64,000 bases of DNA from Candidatus Heimdallarchaeum endolithica (GCA_021513715.1 CP084167.1:1248001-1312000), one strand, 5' to 3'. Shown: positions 1-9,920, counted from the stretch's first letter. Numbers and translations: made by a program. Notes: a model not told the origin generated them from the sequence alone.

Positions 1-1104
1 AATAGTGAGAATTGAAATTTCACTTTTAGGATACAAAACAGTAAAAAAGTCGCATATGTTGCAATTAGGATCTCAGAATAGTGAGAATTGAAATTAAGCT
101 TCTGAAAAATAGTGTTCAAAGTTTAGTCCTGGATTGGAGTTGCAATTAGGATCTCAGAATAGTGAGAATTGAAATCCTTTAAGAAAAAAAATTAGAGGTT
201 AGCGGTAAAAGCACCAGTTGAAATTAGGATCTCAGAATAGTGAGAATTGAAATGAAAAAACAGACAAATTAATCCAAAGATACTTTTCTTTAGTTGCAAT
301 TAGGATCTCAGAATAGTGAGAATTGAAATTATCTGATAGTTGTATTCCTTCTTTTCTTTCTTTTTCATTGTTGCAATTAGGATCTCAGAATAGTGAGAAT
401 TGAAATATTAGTTCTCAAATAAGTAACTTTCAAACAAACATTACTAGTTGCAATTAGGATCTCAGAATAGTGAGAATTGAAATTTTAGCATCAGCATTCA
501 CCTCGAACGTTTTTCAAAATAGCTGTTGCAATTAGGATCTCAGAATAGTGAGAATTGAAATTTGTGCTTGACTCAGAGCCTACTATGGCACTGTATAAGA
601 AGTTGCAATTAGGATCTCAGAATAGTGAGAATTGAAATAATAGAAGAAAAGAATAATTGAATAAAAGATTATTTAAGCAGTTGCAATTAGGATCTCAGAA
701 TAGTGAGAATTGAAATCCAACCCCTCCATTCCATGGATAAATTGTCTTTTCATTCGGGTTGCAATTAGGATCTCAGAATAGTGAGAATTGAAATTCTTCG
801 TCCAATCTTTTGCTTATTTTTGCTATTCTAAATGTTGCAATTAGGATCTCAGAATAGTGAGAATTGAAATTATGCTTTTGAGCGATGAATTTTACTGTTC
901 GTTTATAGATGGGTTGCAATTAGGATCTCAGAATAGTGAGAATTGAAATTCTACAGAGCGACCTTCCTTAAATTTCACCTTGAAGTTTTGTTGCAATTAG
1001 GATCTCAGAATAGTGAGAATTGAAATTTGCTCAAAAATACCCAGGATTGTTAGATAAATACAAAAAAGTTGCAATTAGGATCTCAGAATAGTGAGAATTA
1101 AAAT
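1..1104 (+). CRISPR. CRISPR array (trailer end; continues upstream of the window)
   Basis: 37-bp repeat GTTGCAATTAGGATCTCAGAATAGTGAGAATTGAAAT: a partial copy at 1-18 and full copies starting at 58, 139, 217 (C4A variant), 293, 370, 447, 525, 602, 680, 758, 834, 913, 990 and 1068 (terminal variant ending ATTAAAAT). There are 14 unique spacers of 39-44 bp. The repeat has an internal TCTCA/TGAGA hairpin. The ATTGAAAT 3' end and the degenerate last repeat give the + orientation. Confidence 0.99.
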
Positions 1105-1209
1105 ATAAGAACCATAAGTAGAATATTATCAAATTATCTATTTTTGTTCTATTTTTCACTATAAACTTATAGATGATTATTTTCTCAATTTTTCAATTTT
1201 ACTATTATT

Positions 1210-1638
1210 TTAGGTTAATTCTCTTTCTCTTATCTCAATTTCTACTTCTTTTTCTGGACCTTTTAATAAAATATAAAGTGGTTCAAGGAATTTTCTACCT
1301 ATTAGTACTTCTTTACAAGAAATATGTGAATCTATTGTAACAATAAACGAGATATTAAAACCTTTAATATATACCGAACCACTTGCTGATTTTAAAGTAA
1401 TTTTATCTCCTGAAATTGTCTCTCCTAAACAAAAAGAATCTTCATCAAACTCGTAACTTTTAAGTTCTAATTTTTCATATATATTTTCTGGAACAATTAA
1501 GTCTCCCTCATATCCAGTATCTATCAACCCTAAAACTTGAACTGAATTTTTTTCTAAGGGGTCACATATTTTAATTGGAATATAGGGGCCTTCCATTGTG
1601 GTTAAGGAAGATATTTGATATTTGAAAGATTTTTTCAT
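1210..1638 (-). CDS. Clan AA (retropepsin-like) aspartic protease
   Basis: LIDTGYEG catalytic motif and C-terminal LIGRKFL (hydrophobic-hydrophobic-G-R) motif; 142 aa; overlaps the upstream stop by 1 nt. Confidence 0.85.
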   Translation of the reverse strand: MKKSFKYQISSLTTMEGPYIPIKICDPLEKNSVQVLGLIDTGYEGDLIVPENIYEKLELKSYEFDEDSFCLGETISGDKITLKSASGSVYIKGFNISFIVTIDSHISCKEVLIGRKFLEPLYILLKGPEKEVEIEIRERELT

Positions 1639-2018
1639 TATTCTTTTCTCCTATATCTGATAGAAACTTTCCTCCGTAGTGGTTTAACAGGTGTAACTAT
1701 GTTGCATTTTCCTTCAAGATTATTCTCTCTTATTGCCTTAATAGCTCTTTCTCTATCTGTATAAATACCTATCAACTTTCCTGATGATATTACAACCCAC
1801 TCATTTTCATGTTCCTTAATTAATTCTGCCCTTATTCTTCTTAATGTTGCATTATTTAGCGCTCTTTCCTTATCTTCTTCTGTTTGAGGTGAATCTTCAT
1901 TTATCCATTTTATCATTGCTTCTTCAAAAGCTTCACTAAGTTTCAAACCTTTCATCGCTGCTTTTGCTTTAAAACGTGCATAAAGTTCTTTTTTTACATT
2001 TTTAATTAGAACAGACAT
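1638..2018 (-). CDS. Ribbon-helix-helix-like N-terminus fused to a DUF5678-like domain (putative antitoxin/regulator)
   Basis: The N-terminus SVLIKNVKKELYARFKAKAAMKGLKLSEAFEEAM is RHH-like. The C-terminal EHENEWVVISSGKLIGIY resembles DUF5678, which commonly sits next to aspartic proteases. Confidence 0.65.
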   Translation of the reverse strand: MSVLIKNVKKELYARFKAKAAMKGLKLSEAFEEAMIKWINEDSPQTEEDKERALNNATLRRIRAELIKEHENEWVVISSGKLIGIYTDRERAIKAIRENNLEGKCNIVTPVKPLRRKVSIRYRRKE

Positions 2019-2207
2019 TTCTGAGTTTAACTAGTTTAACTTACTTAATAAATTTTATCAAATTATTCATTTATTTAATAGATTATAAAAAAAGTTTTTC
2101 ATACATTTTTAGAATAAATTCTTGTTAAACTTTTCCTTGACCTATTTTAATAGTATTATCAAAACTTCATGATTTACTTTTATATCTTTCTACTAACCTT
2201 GAGGGGT

Positions 2208-2479
2208 GTAGTGTCTAGTTTTTATAGCACCCCCTGGGCAAAAAGGAACTAAGGAGAGGGTGTCTCAAGCTTTGATAATTATAAACGAAGTTATTGTGAA
2301 CACAAAGAGGGCATTCTACTGTCCTTAAACCATTCTTCAAACCGATACATTCCTAAATAACTTTTATTATTATCATTTTGGGGACTCTGCTCTTTTTAAA
2401 AGGAGCAGATAATTTTTGGAATTTTATATCGTACTAGAGTCTCCACAAATATTTTTGTCGGAATAAACCTAGACACTAC
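2208..2479 (-). mobile_element. MITE / internally deleted IS (IS6-like ends)
   Basis: Terminal inverted repeats GTAGTGTCTAGTTTTT (2208-2223) and TAAACCTAGACACTAC (2464-2479). The minus strand retains a transposase-like C-terminal remnant (VHNNFVYNYQSLRHPLLSSFLPRGCYKN*) homologous to the remnant at 13.5 kb. There are internal nested hairpins. Confidence 0.7.
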
Positions 2480-2525
2480 TAATCTTGGTAGTAATAAAGT
2501 AAAGAAGAAAACTAGATTTTGTTAT

Positions 2526-2542
2526 CTATATAAAATATATAG
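2526..2542. promoter_or_regulatory. Candidate Pho operator / TATA palindrome upstream of pstS
   Basis: Perfect palindrome CTATATA-AAA-TATATAG; a 15/17 match occurs at 8833-8849 upstream of the AbrB-PhoU gene. Confidence 0.45.
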
Positions 2543-2644
2543 TCTATTTATCACACAATACCACCCTTATTTCCTATTTATAGCCTATTAGAATATCATC
2601 AAATGTCTTATAGATTATATAAAATCTATTTACTTTCGATGCTA

Positions 2645-3646
2645 ATGAATAAACGACAAATTATTCTAAACACAATATCCATAGCTTTTTTAGCTATGAT
2701 TATTAGCTCTTCCGTAATAGGGAGTAAAGAGAACACTTTAGTCATCCAAGGATCGAATACTGTATTTCCTATCGCCAATCTTGCAGCTGCAAGATTCCAA
2801 GAGTGTAATCCAGGAATTACTGTCACAGTTGGAGGTGAAGGCTCAGGCGCAGGTATTGCTGACTTGATTGATGGAAAAGCTGATGTTGCAACTGCATCCA
2901 GATTTCCAAAACAGTCTGAAATAGACGAAGCTAATAATACAGATGTAGAACTAATCGTTCATACTATTGCTAAAGATGGAATCGCAATTATTGTAAATCC
3001 TAATAATCCTTTAAGCGAACTTTCTTTTGAACAAATCTCAAAGATTTATAATGGGACATACACTCATTGGAGCAATCTTAACTTAACTGTTGCTGTTGAT
3101 CCTATCCGGGTATTAGAACGAGATGAATCATCAGGCACTCATGACTACTTCAATGAAGAATTCCTTAATGGAGAGGAAGTTAATCCTAATACTGTTTCTG
3201 ATTATGCCCAATATCAATCCACCAGCCAACTATTTGCAGATGTAGCTGAAAATGTAAATGCGATAGGATATGGAGGGTTAGCTTATGTTGATGAGACTGT
3301 TAAAGCGGTTGCTGTTAAAAAAGAAGAAGGAGACACTGCAGTAACCCCTACGATTGCCACAGTTAGTGATGCTTCTTATCCAATTAGTCGCCCTCTTTAC
3401 ATGATAACTAATGGCGAACCTGAAGAAGGAGATCTCCGAAAATACTGGTTAGATTTCATTCTCTCTGTAGAAGGTCAGTCAATTGTTCTATATGTTGGTT
3501 ATATTCCCATAGGCAATTATTTAGAAAATTATGACCCAACTAATCCTCCTGAATGCAAAGTAATTGTTGAGGGGACTCCATTTGGTTTTATTACAGTGCC
3601 AATTAGTATTGCTATATTTGCACTAGCTTTAAGAAGAAGGAATTAG
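2645..3646 (+). CDS. pstS: Phosphate ABC transporter substrate-binding protein
   Basis: Motifs GSNTVFP, GSGAGI, ASR, RDESSGTHDYF and YPISRPLY; N-terminal signal peptide; C-terminal TPF-TM-RRRN anchor. The start is probably ATG 2645 (or 2639) rather than 2603. Confidence 0.95.
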   Translation: MNKRQIILNTISIAFLAMIISSSVIGSKENTLVIQGSNTVFPIANLAAARFQECNPGITVTVGGEGSGAGIADLIDGKADVATASRFPKQSEIDEANNTDVELIVHTIAKDGIAIIVNPNNPLSELSFEQISKIYNGTYTHWSNLNLTVAVDPIRVLERDESSGTHDYFNEEFLNGEEVNPNTVSDYAQYQSTSQLFADVAENVNAIGYGGLAYVDETVKAVAVKKEEGDTAVTPTIATVSDASYPISRPLYMITNGEPEEGDLRKYWLDFILSVEGQSIVLYVGYIPIGNYLENYDPTNPPECKVIVEGTPFGFITVPISIAIFALALRRRN

Positions 3647-3707
3647 AATATTCTTTTTTATTTTTTTCTTTAAGATAATGATTTTCAACTACTTGGAGGA
3701 ATAATAA

Positions 3708-6209
3708 ATGAACACAACATTGATGACAAAAGATACCAGTAGCGAAAGTAAAAGGTTAGAAAGTTTAACGAAATTACTTTCCAATAATACAATCGGATCA
3801 ACTTTCTATGTAAGAAAAACATTAGATTCTTCTATTAAAGTTGTTCTTGCCATAATGACAGTTTCCGCAAGTTTATTAACTATTTTTATCTCACTCTATT
3901 TGTTTATCGAAGCCTTACCTGTTATGGGGAGTATAAAAATTTGGTCAATATTCTTAGAAATAATCATATTCATCTTAACAAGTTTTATTGCTTTATGGAC
4001 ATTTTTTAATAAGTCTACTTTCAGTCAAAAGTTCAGAAAACAGACAATAAGGAATCTGGCGATAATTGTTGAAATGTTAGGTGTATTTCTAATAGTTACA
4101 CTCCTCATTGATTACACAACTAGCAAAGATATACTATCTTTAGTTTCTGTAACAATTACTATAATTTTTGAATTTGGGATACTTATTCTTCTTATCCACT
4201 TATTTAACTCTAAAACTAAGAAAATTAATCAAAAATATATGAAACCATTTGCTTTTCTTTTGATCTTTTTGGTATTGTCAATTTTCATATTCGAAATTAT
4301 TGAAGTTATACCTGAAATATACACATTAAGTGAGATTAAGCAATTACTCTTTGGGCAAACATGGAATCCAAAAAAAGAAAATTTCGGAGCTTTTAATCTT
4401 TTCATGGGTTCAATGATTGTAACATTTTATGCAATAATCATTGTTATTCCTTTTGGATTAAGTATAGGGATTTTTATGGCTGAATTTGTTCCTGAAAATT
4501 TGTATAAACACCTTAAATCTAGTATTGAATTAATCTCTGCTATCCCATCAGTCATTATGGGACTTATATCGTTCAGATATTTTGCTAAACTGATTAAAAG
4601 CATATTTTTCGCTTTAGGAGTAGAACAGCAATACAGTGTAGGAAATATTGCACTAACAGCATCAATTACTCTTGCTTTTATGACAGTTCCAATGATTGCA
4701 AGTTTAACCGATGATGCGTTAAGGTCTGTCCCTAAAGAACTAAAGAAATCAGCCCTAGCTCTTGGTAGTAGCCATTGGGAAGTTATTGCAAGAGTTTCCA
4801 TTCCCTATAATAGATCCTCAATATCATCAGCTATTATTCTAGCTTTCGGTAGAATTTTTGGCGAGACCATGGTTGTTCTCATGGTAGCAGGTTCAAATCC
4901 TGCGTTATCTAAAGGATTGCTTAATCCCCTTCAAGGGATATATGCATTACCAGCAGCTATTGCATTAGAAGTAAGTGATGTTGTTGTTGATGATCCACAA
5001 TGGCATGCCTTATTTTATTTAGGTCTGGAACTATTAACTATTTCTTTCGTAATTACAGTTCTTGGACGTAGAATAGCTAGCGGAAAACTTACCTTTACAT
5101 CTGTAAAAAAATTATTTAAAAAAGGTTGTTCTTATCTCTGGAATAGATTATCAAAGAGAAAAGAGGAAGAAATCAAATACTCTGAAAATAATAACTTTGC
5201 ACGTTTTACTAAAGATAAATTTATGCATCCAAAGAACAAATATTTTCAATCTAGACCTACTAGTCCATCTGAAGAACAATTAAATACTGAATATTTTGAG
5301 ACGCTTATGTGTACAAATAGTTCTATTTTGTCGAAGTACAAGATAAGGAAACAAAGAATATATACTGGAATATTTACACTCTTAACTTTTATCGTTTTAG
5401 GAGTATTAGGGTTAGTATTTTTCTCTGTTGGAATAGATGGATTCAGAAATATAGATTTTCAAGACATTATTCCAGGAAAACCTAGTTTTAGTCGAATGGT
5501 TCAAGGACATTATGGTTACCTCACGTCCACAATAGGCTCAATTTTGGTTGTTGGTACAGCTGCTTTAATTGGTCTGCCCATATCAACTGCAGCAGGAATT
5601 TATCTTACCTTCTATCTTAAACCTACAAATAAATTAGGACAAATGATTAAGAATGGCATTCAGAACATTGCTTCAGTTCCGAGTGTCGTTGTAGGCCTAT
5701 TTGGTTGGGGTATCTTTGTCAGCACCTTTGGTTGGGGGAAAAGTGTACTTTCAGGAGGTTTTACTTTGATGATTATGATGGTACCTATTGTAACATCAAC
5801 AACAATAGAAGCACTAAATCAAGTACCAAATGATTTCCGTCAAGGATCTTTAGCTTTAGGTTCTACAAAATGGGAAAGTATAAAGGAACATAATTTAAGA
5901 TATGCTTTCCCATCAATTATCACTGGGTACTTATTCTCCATTTCAAGAGTAATTGGAGAAACAGCACCTATCATTCTAACAGCTGCAGCTGCCAGATATG
6001 CTCCCACCTACTTTCCCTCAGGTTTAACTAATTCTGCTGTTGCTATGTTGCCTTTTGACATCTATGAATTTGGACTTTATACAGACGTTATCTACCCCAA
6101 CAGTTTTAGCTGGGCGATGACATGTGCATTAATTCTATTAGTTATAGCTCTTGGATTGTTCGTTTTTGGACAAATCTTACGCTCTAAGTTGCAAGTAAAA
6201 TATGATTAA
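3708..6209 (+). CDS. pstCA: Fused phosphate ABC permease PstC-PstA
   Basis: Two binding-protein-dependent permease domains (IPSVIMG...SALALGSS...GRIFGETM and VPSVVVG...SLALGSTKWE...SRVIGETAP) in one 833-aa ORF between pstS and pstB. Confidence 0.92.
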   Translation: MNTTLMTKDTSSESKRLESLTKLLSNNTIGSTFYVRKTLDSSIKVVLAIMTVSASLLTIFISLYLFIEALPVMGSIKIWSIFLEIIIFILTSFIALWTFFNKSTFSQKFRKQTIRNLAIIVEMLGVFLIVTLLIDYTTSKDILSLVSVTITIIFEFGILILLIHLFNSKTKKINQKYMKPFAFLLIFLVLSIFIFEIIEVIPEIYTLSEIKQLLFGQTWNPKKENFGAFNLFMGSMIVTFYAIIIVIPFGLSIGIFMAEFVPENLYKHLKSSIELISAIPSVIMGLISFRYFAKLIKSIFFALGVEQQYSVGNIALTASITLAFMTVPMIASLTDDALRSVPKELKKSALALGSSHWEVIARVSIPYNRSSISSAIILAFGRIFGETMVVLMVAGSNPALSKGLLNPLQGIYALPAAIALEVSDVVVDDPQWHALFYLGLELLTISFVITVLGRRIASGKLTFTSVKKLFKKGCSYLWNRLSKRKEEEIKYSENNNFARFTKDKFMHPKNKYFQSRPTSPSEEQLNTEYFETLMCTNSSILSKYKIRKQRIYTGIFTLLTFIVLGVLGLVFFSVGIDGFRNIDFQDIIPGKPSFSRMVQGHYGYLTSTIGSILVVGTAALIGLPISTAAGIYLTFYLKPTNKLGQMIKNGIQNIASVPSVVVGLFGWGIFVSTFGWGKSVLSGGFTLMIMMVPIVTSTTIEALNQVPNDFRQGSLALGSTKWESIKEHNLRYAFPSIITGYLFSISRVIGETAPIILTAAAARYAPTYFPSGLTNSAVAMLPFDIYEFGLYTDVIYPNSFSWAMTCALILLVIALGLFVFGQILRSKLQVKYD

Positions 6210-6229
6210 AGGAGATGTGAGTAATTTAA

Positions 6230-7066
6230 ATGAAAACTACGAATAATATACTAAAAAATAAGTTCAGAACAAAAAGAACGACTGAAAGGAAACATAAATT
6301 TAATTTATCCCTAAAAATAGCTGTTAGTGTCAGAAATTTCAGTTTCTTCTACAGTGAACACCAAGCTGTGAAAAATGTTACTTTAGATATACCAAAAAAT
6401 AAAATTACAGCTATAATAGGACCATCAGGTTGTGGAAAATCAACATTCTTACGCTCTTTCAATCGCATGAATGATGAAATCGTAGGATACAAGTATAGTG
6501 GAGAAATTATTATTGATAATCAAAACATATTAGATCCTGTGATAGATCTAATAACTTTAAGATCTAAAGTGGGTATGGTTTTCCAGAAGCCCACTCCATT
6601 TCCCCAATCTATTTGGAAGAATATTGCTTATGGTCCAATGATAAGGGGAATAAAGAATAAAGGTCAATTAAATCAAATAGTGGAATTTTCTTTAAAACGT
6701 GCAGGTTTATGGAAAGAAGTGAATGAAAGGTTAGATGATAAAGCTTCACAACTCTCTGGAGGACAACAGCAACGTCTATGCATTGCTCGGGCACTTGCTG
6801 TTTGGCCAGAGATCATTCTTTTTGACGAACCTTGTGCTTCATTGGATCCAATTTCTACATCTGTCATAGAGGATCTACTTTTAGATCTAGCTAAGGACTA
6901 TACTGTTATTATCGCTACTCATTCAATGCATCAAGCAGCAAGAATAAGCAACATGACTGCTTTCATGTATTTAGGTGAATTAATAGAATATGATAAAACA
7001 GAAAAAATATTCGAAAATCCGGCAAAAGAATTAACAGAACAATATATTACGGGAAGATTTGGGTAA
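6230..7066 (+). CDS. pstB: Phosphate ABC transporter ATP-binding protein
   Basis: [46 protein letters not shown] and the C-terminal YITGRFG typical of PstB. Confidence 0.97.
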   Translation: MKTTNNILKNKFRTKRTTERKHKFNLSLKIAVSVRNFSFFYSEHQAVKNVTLDIPKNKITAIIGPSGCGKSTFLRSFNRMNDEIVGYKYSGEIIIDNQNILDPVIDLITLRSKVGMVFQKPTPFPQSIWKNIAYGPMIRGIKNKGQLNQIVEFSLKRAGLWKEVNERLDDKASQLSGGQQQRLCIARALAVWPEIILFDEPCASLDPISTSVIEDLLLDLAKDYTVIIATHSMHQAARISNMTAFMYLGELIEYDKTEKIFENPAKELTEQYITGRFG

Positions 7067-7086
7067 AAAAGCATGGATGTGAAAAA

Positions 7087-7749
7087 ATGAGAGAAAAATA
7101 TGTTGAACAACTAAAAGGCTTGAAAGAAGATTTTATTACTCTTTATGAAATAGCAAAAAAGACAACTGAACTTATTCAATATAGTTTTGAAGAAACTAAA
7201 ATTGATGATATACTTCAGATTCAAAGGAAATCTAAAAAACTAGATTGGAATGTTAGAGAACTAGGTTTACAAATAGAAGAAAATTGTATTAGGATCCTTT
7301 CTACGCAGCAGCCTTTAGCAAAAGATTTAAGATTGATATTTACTATACTAAAAAGCGTTACAGATTTTCAAAGAATAACTCGTGATTCTTTTCATGTACT
7401 CGAAATGCTTGCAGATTTCCTTCCACTAAAAGATTCAGAATATTGCCAATTAATCAAACAGATAACTGAGAGTGTTGAATTTATGATGGACACAATAGCA
7501 GATGCAATAAAAATCAATGCAACGCTAGATGCAGAGATGCTCTCCAAAGCAGATACAGTGATAGATAAAAACTATGAAACAATAATCTGTTCCCTTGAGA
7601 ATGAATTCAAGCAAGGAACACTAACATTCAAACAAGTCTTAACTCTAGGACACCTAGCAAGGTACTTAGAAAGAGTTGGAGATCATATCTGTAATATAGG
7701 CGAACGTTGGTATTATACAATAAGAGGTAAAAAAATATCAATAAAATAA
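7087..7749 (+). CDS. phoU: Phosphate signalling protein PhoU
   Basis: QQPLAKDLR and ARYLERVGDHICNIGE PhoU motifs; last gene of the pst operon. Confidence 0.93.
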   Translation: MREKYVEQLKGLKEDFITLYEIAKKTTELIQYSFEETKIDDILQIQRKSKKLDWNVRELGLQIEENCIRILSTQQPLAKDLRLIFTILKSVTDFQRITRDSFHVLEMLADFLPLKDSEYCQLIKQITESVEFMMDTIADAIKINATLDAEMLSKADTVIDKNYETIICSLENEFKQGTLTFKQVLTLGHLARYLERVGDHICNIGERWYYTIRGKKISIK

Positions 7750-7754
7750 GAGGT

Positions 7755-8777
7755 TTAAGTTACTCCTCTTTCTCTATTTATTACGACTTCTGCTATATCT
7801 GCAGCATAAGAGGATACTCTACTGAAACTTCGAATGACGAGAATAAATCTAACAGCTATTTCTGATTCTAACTTGTTTATATTTTCATACAATGCCTTCA
7901 ATTCTTCCTCAAACGCTGCTTTCTCATTAGCTAGTTCATTCGCTTCTTTTACTTTATTGTTGTAAAAACAATTCATTGCGCTATTATACCTTTTTTTCAC
8001 TTGCTCTCCTAATTTTTCTATTTCTTTTAGGAGATAATCATCTTCTATCGGTTTAACCATTTCTACAATATGCCCAGCTATGTCATACGCATGATCTGCA
8101 ATTGATTCAAGTCTCTTAACAATTACTCTGTAATCTAAGACCTCAACTAGCTTAATGCCAAGATAAGAGCTATAGGAAAGATCAGAAAGTATAGCATTTA
8201 ATTGACGTGAGATTAAATAATAGAGCCTATCTACAGAAGTCTCTTGAAGCTTTATAAAATGGACTGAATCTTTATTTAGATTTACAAAAGCTTTAACGGC
8301 TGTAGTGAACATTTTATCAGCTAATACATGTATTCTGCGAATAAGCTGATTGAGATCAAGTGATTCAAGAGAAGAAAGGTCTTTTAAAATCATCCAATTG
8401 TTAGATTCCTCTAAAATCTCTACACCCATCAAATTTTGAACAAACTGCTCAATTTCAGTTCTTAATTCGAAATTCAGCCCATATTGATCGTGTACTTTTA
8501 TTACTTGATAACCTGCAAGATATTTGCTTAAGATTAAGCGTAATATGAGATTCTTATCTATGATATCTGTTGTATTAATTTCAACTTCCTCCCCTACATG
8601 CCTGTAATTGGTTTCCAAAGGCTGGATTAACAAATTTCCATCTGGTTGGGGGAAAATCCTGATTGCATCTCCTTTCTTCAGTTTAGTTTTTCTTATCCAT
8701 TCTATCGGTAAAGCTACAATATAGCTGCTTCCACCTGTTTTCTGTATTTTTCGTAAATAAGAACTGTCTCCTATCAT
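7755..8777 (-). CDS. Archaeal phosphate uptake regulator (AbrB DNA-binding domain plus tandem PhoU domains)
   Basis: N-terminal RKIQKTGGSSYIVALPIEW (AbrB/SpoVT type), then VDRLYYLISRQL, LESIADHA and RVSSYAADIAE PhoU repeats. Confidence 0.9.
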   Translation of the reverse strand: MIGDSSYLRKIQKTGGSSYIVALPIEWIRKTKLKKGDAIRIFPQPDGNLLIQPLETNYRHVGEEVEINTTDIIDKNLILRLILSKYLAGYQVIKVHDQYGLNFELRTEIEQFVQNLMGVEILEESNNWMILKDLSSLESLDLNQLIRRIHVLADKMFTTAVKAFVNLNKDSVHFIKLQETSVDRLYYLISRQLNAILSDLSYSSYLGIKLVEVLDYRVIVKRLESIADHAYDIAGHIVEMVKPIEDDYLLKEIEKLGEQVKKRYNSAMNCFYNNKVKEANELANEKAAFEEELKALYENINKLESEIAVRFILVIRSFSRVSSYAADIAEVVINRERGVT

Positions 8778-8832
8778 CTCAGTGTCAAATATTTTTAGGC
8801 AGTATATATTTATTTTTGAATAACTAATGAGA

Positions 8833-8860
8833 GTATAGAAAATATATAGAATTATATAGA
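8833..8860. promoter_or_regulatory. Candidate Pho operator upstream of AbrB-PhoU
   Basis: GTATAGAAAATATATAGAATTATATAGA: three TATAGA repeats at 10-11-bp spacing; 15/17 identity to the pstS palindrome. Confidence 0.4.
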
Positions 8861-9257
8861 AGAATATTTTTCATTAGAAATGAAAAACGAAAATAACTAT
8901 TAGCAAAAATAAAAATGGACATAGTGACAGAGGTCTTGGGGAGAATGGAAGTTTTTACTGCTTTTTCCCTAACGAGAACCGATTTGACTTGTGTAATTTT
9001 TTAACTTTTTTACTAGACTGGTTTTTAACAGTGTAAGATTTTTTATTCTTCATCATTTTTCTTTCTTTTTCCTTTATATTCTTGATTCTTCCTCCCTTCA
9101 AACTGTATAAAAATTTATTTTTTACTATTTTTCAATTTTCTTTCTTATTGAACATTTTTTTATCTGTTTCTCATACCTCTATCCAATTTAATAACTTCAC
9201 ATTTTCTTTTATTTTTAATAGTTCTTTTGTTAATTTTTCTTTTATTTTTTTCTTTTT

Positions 9258-9920
9258 TCACATTCTTTTTTTTAGTGAGATCACTTTTTCTGCTTTTGCA
9301 ATTATCTTTTCATCATGTGTTGCTAATATCAATATTTTATTTTTTTCTACCGTTTCCTTTTTTAGCAGCTTTATTACTTTATCCGAATTTTTTCTATCCA
9401 GATTCCCTGTTGGTTCATCTGCCAGCACGATATTTGGGTTGTTCGCTAGAGCTACTGCTAGGGCTACTCTTTGTTGTTCTCCTCCACTTAGAAATCTTGG
9501 GTATGTTTTTTCATATTTTCTTATTTCCAATTCCTCTAACAGATAATTTACTCTTTCTTTTATTTCCTTTTTTTTCTTTCCTGCTATCCACATTGGAAAA
9601 GCTACATTTTCGAACACTGTCATATATTCTATTAGATTAAAGCTCTGAAACATCATTCCTACTTTATTACATCTGTATTCTATTAATTCTTCCCTTGATA
9701 GTTTATTTACTATTTTATTTTCGTATATTATCTTTCCGAATGTAGGTTTTAACATAGCTGCTATGCATAGTAGTATTGTTGTTTTTCCTGACCCGCTAGG
9801 TCCTGCTAGGACGATGCTTTCTCCTTCCTTTATTTCAAGATTGAAGTCTCTTATTGCTATTGTTTCTACTTCTGATCTATATACTTTTTCTAGATTCTCC
9901 ACTATCAATTTTTTCACCAT
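9258..9920 (-). CDS. ABC transporter ATP-binding protein (LolD/MacB/FtsE-like)
   Basis: GPSGSGKT, FQSFNLI, LSGGEQQRVA, ADEPTGNLD and ATHD motifs. Confidence 0.95.
   Translation of the reverse strand: MVKKLIVENLEKVYRSEVETIAIRDFNLEIKEGESIVLAGPSGSGKTTILLCIAAMLKPTFGKIIYENKIVNKLSREELIEYRCNKVGMMFQSFNLIEYMTVFENVAFPMWIAGKKKKEIKERVNYLLEELEIRKYEKTYPRFLSGGEQQRVALAVALANNPNIVLADEPTGNLDRKNSDKVIKLLKKETVEKNKILILATHDEKIIAKAEKVISLKKRM

Noticed and set aside
8880-9257. Purine-rich minus-strand stretch with short coding-like fragments
   Set aside because: It has multiple stops and no recognisable motif or terminal repeats. It may be decayed DNA but I cannot support a call.
9082-9640. Phe/Leu-rich plus-strand ORFs 9082-9546 and 9227-9640
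   Set aside because: These are antisense shadows of the A-rich ABC ATPase gene and the intergenic T-tracts.
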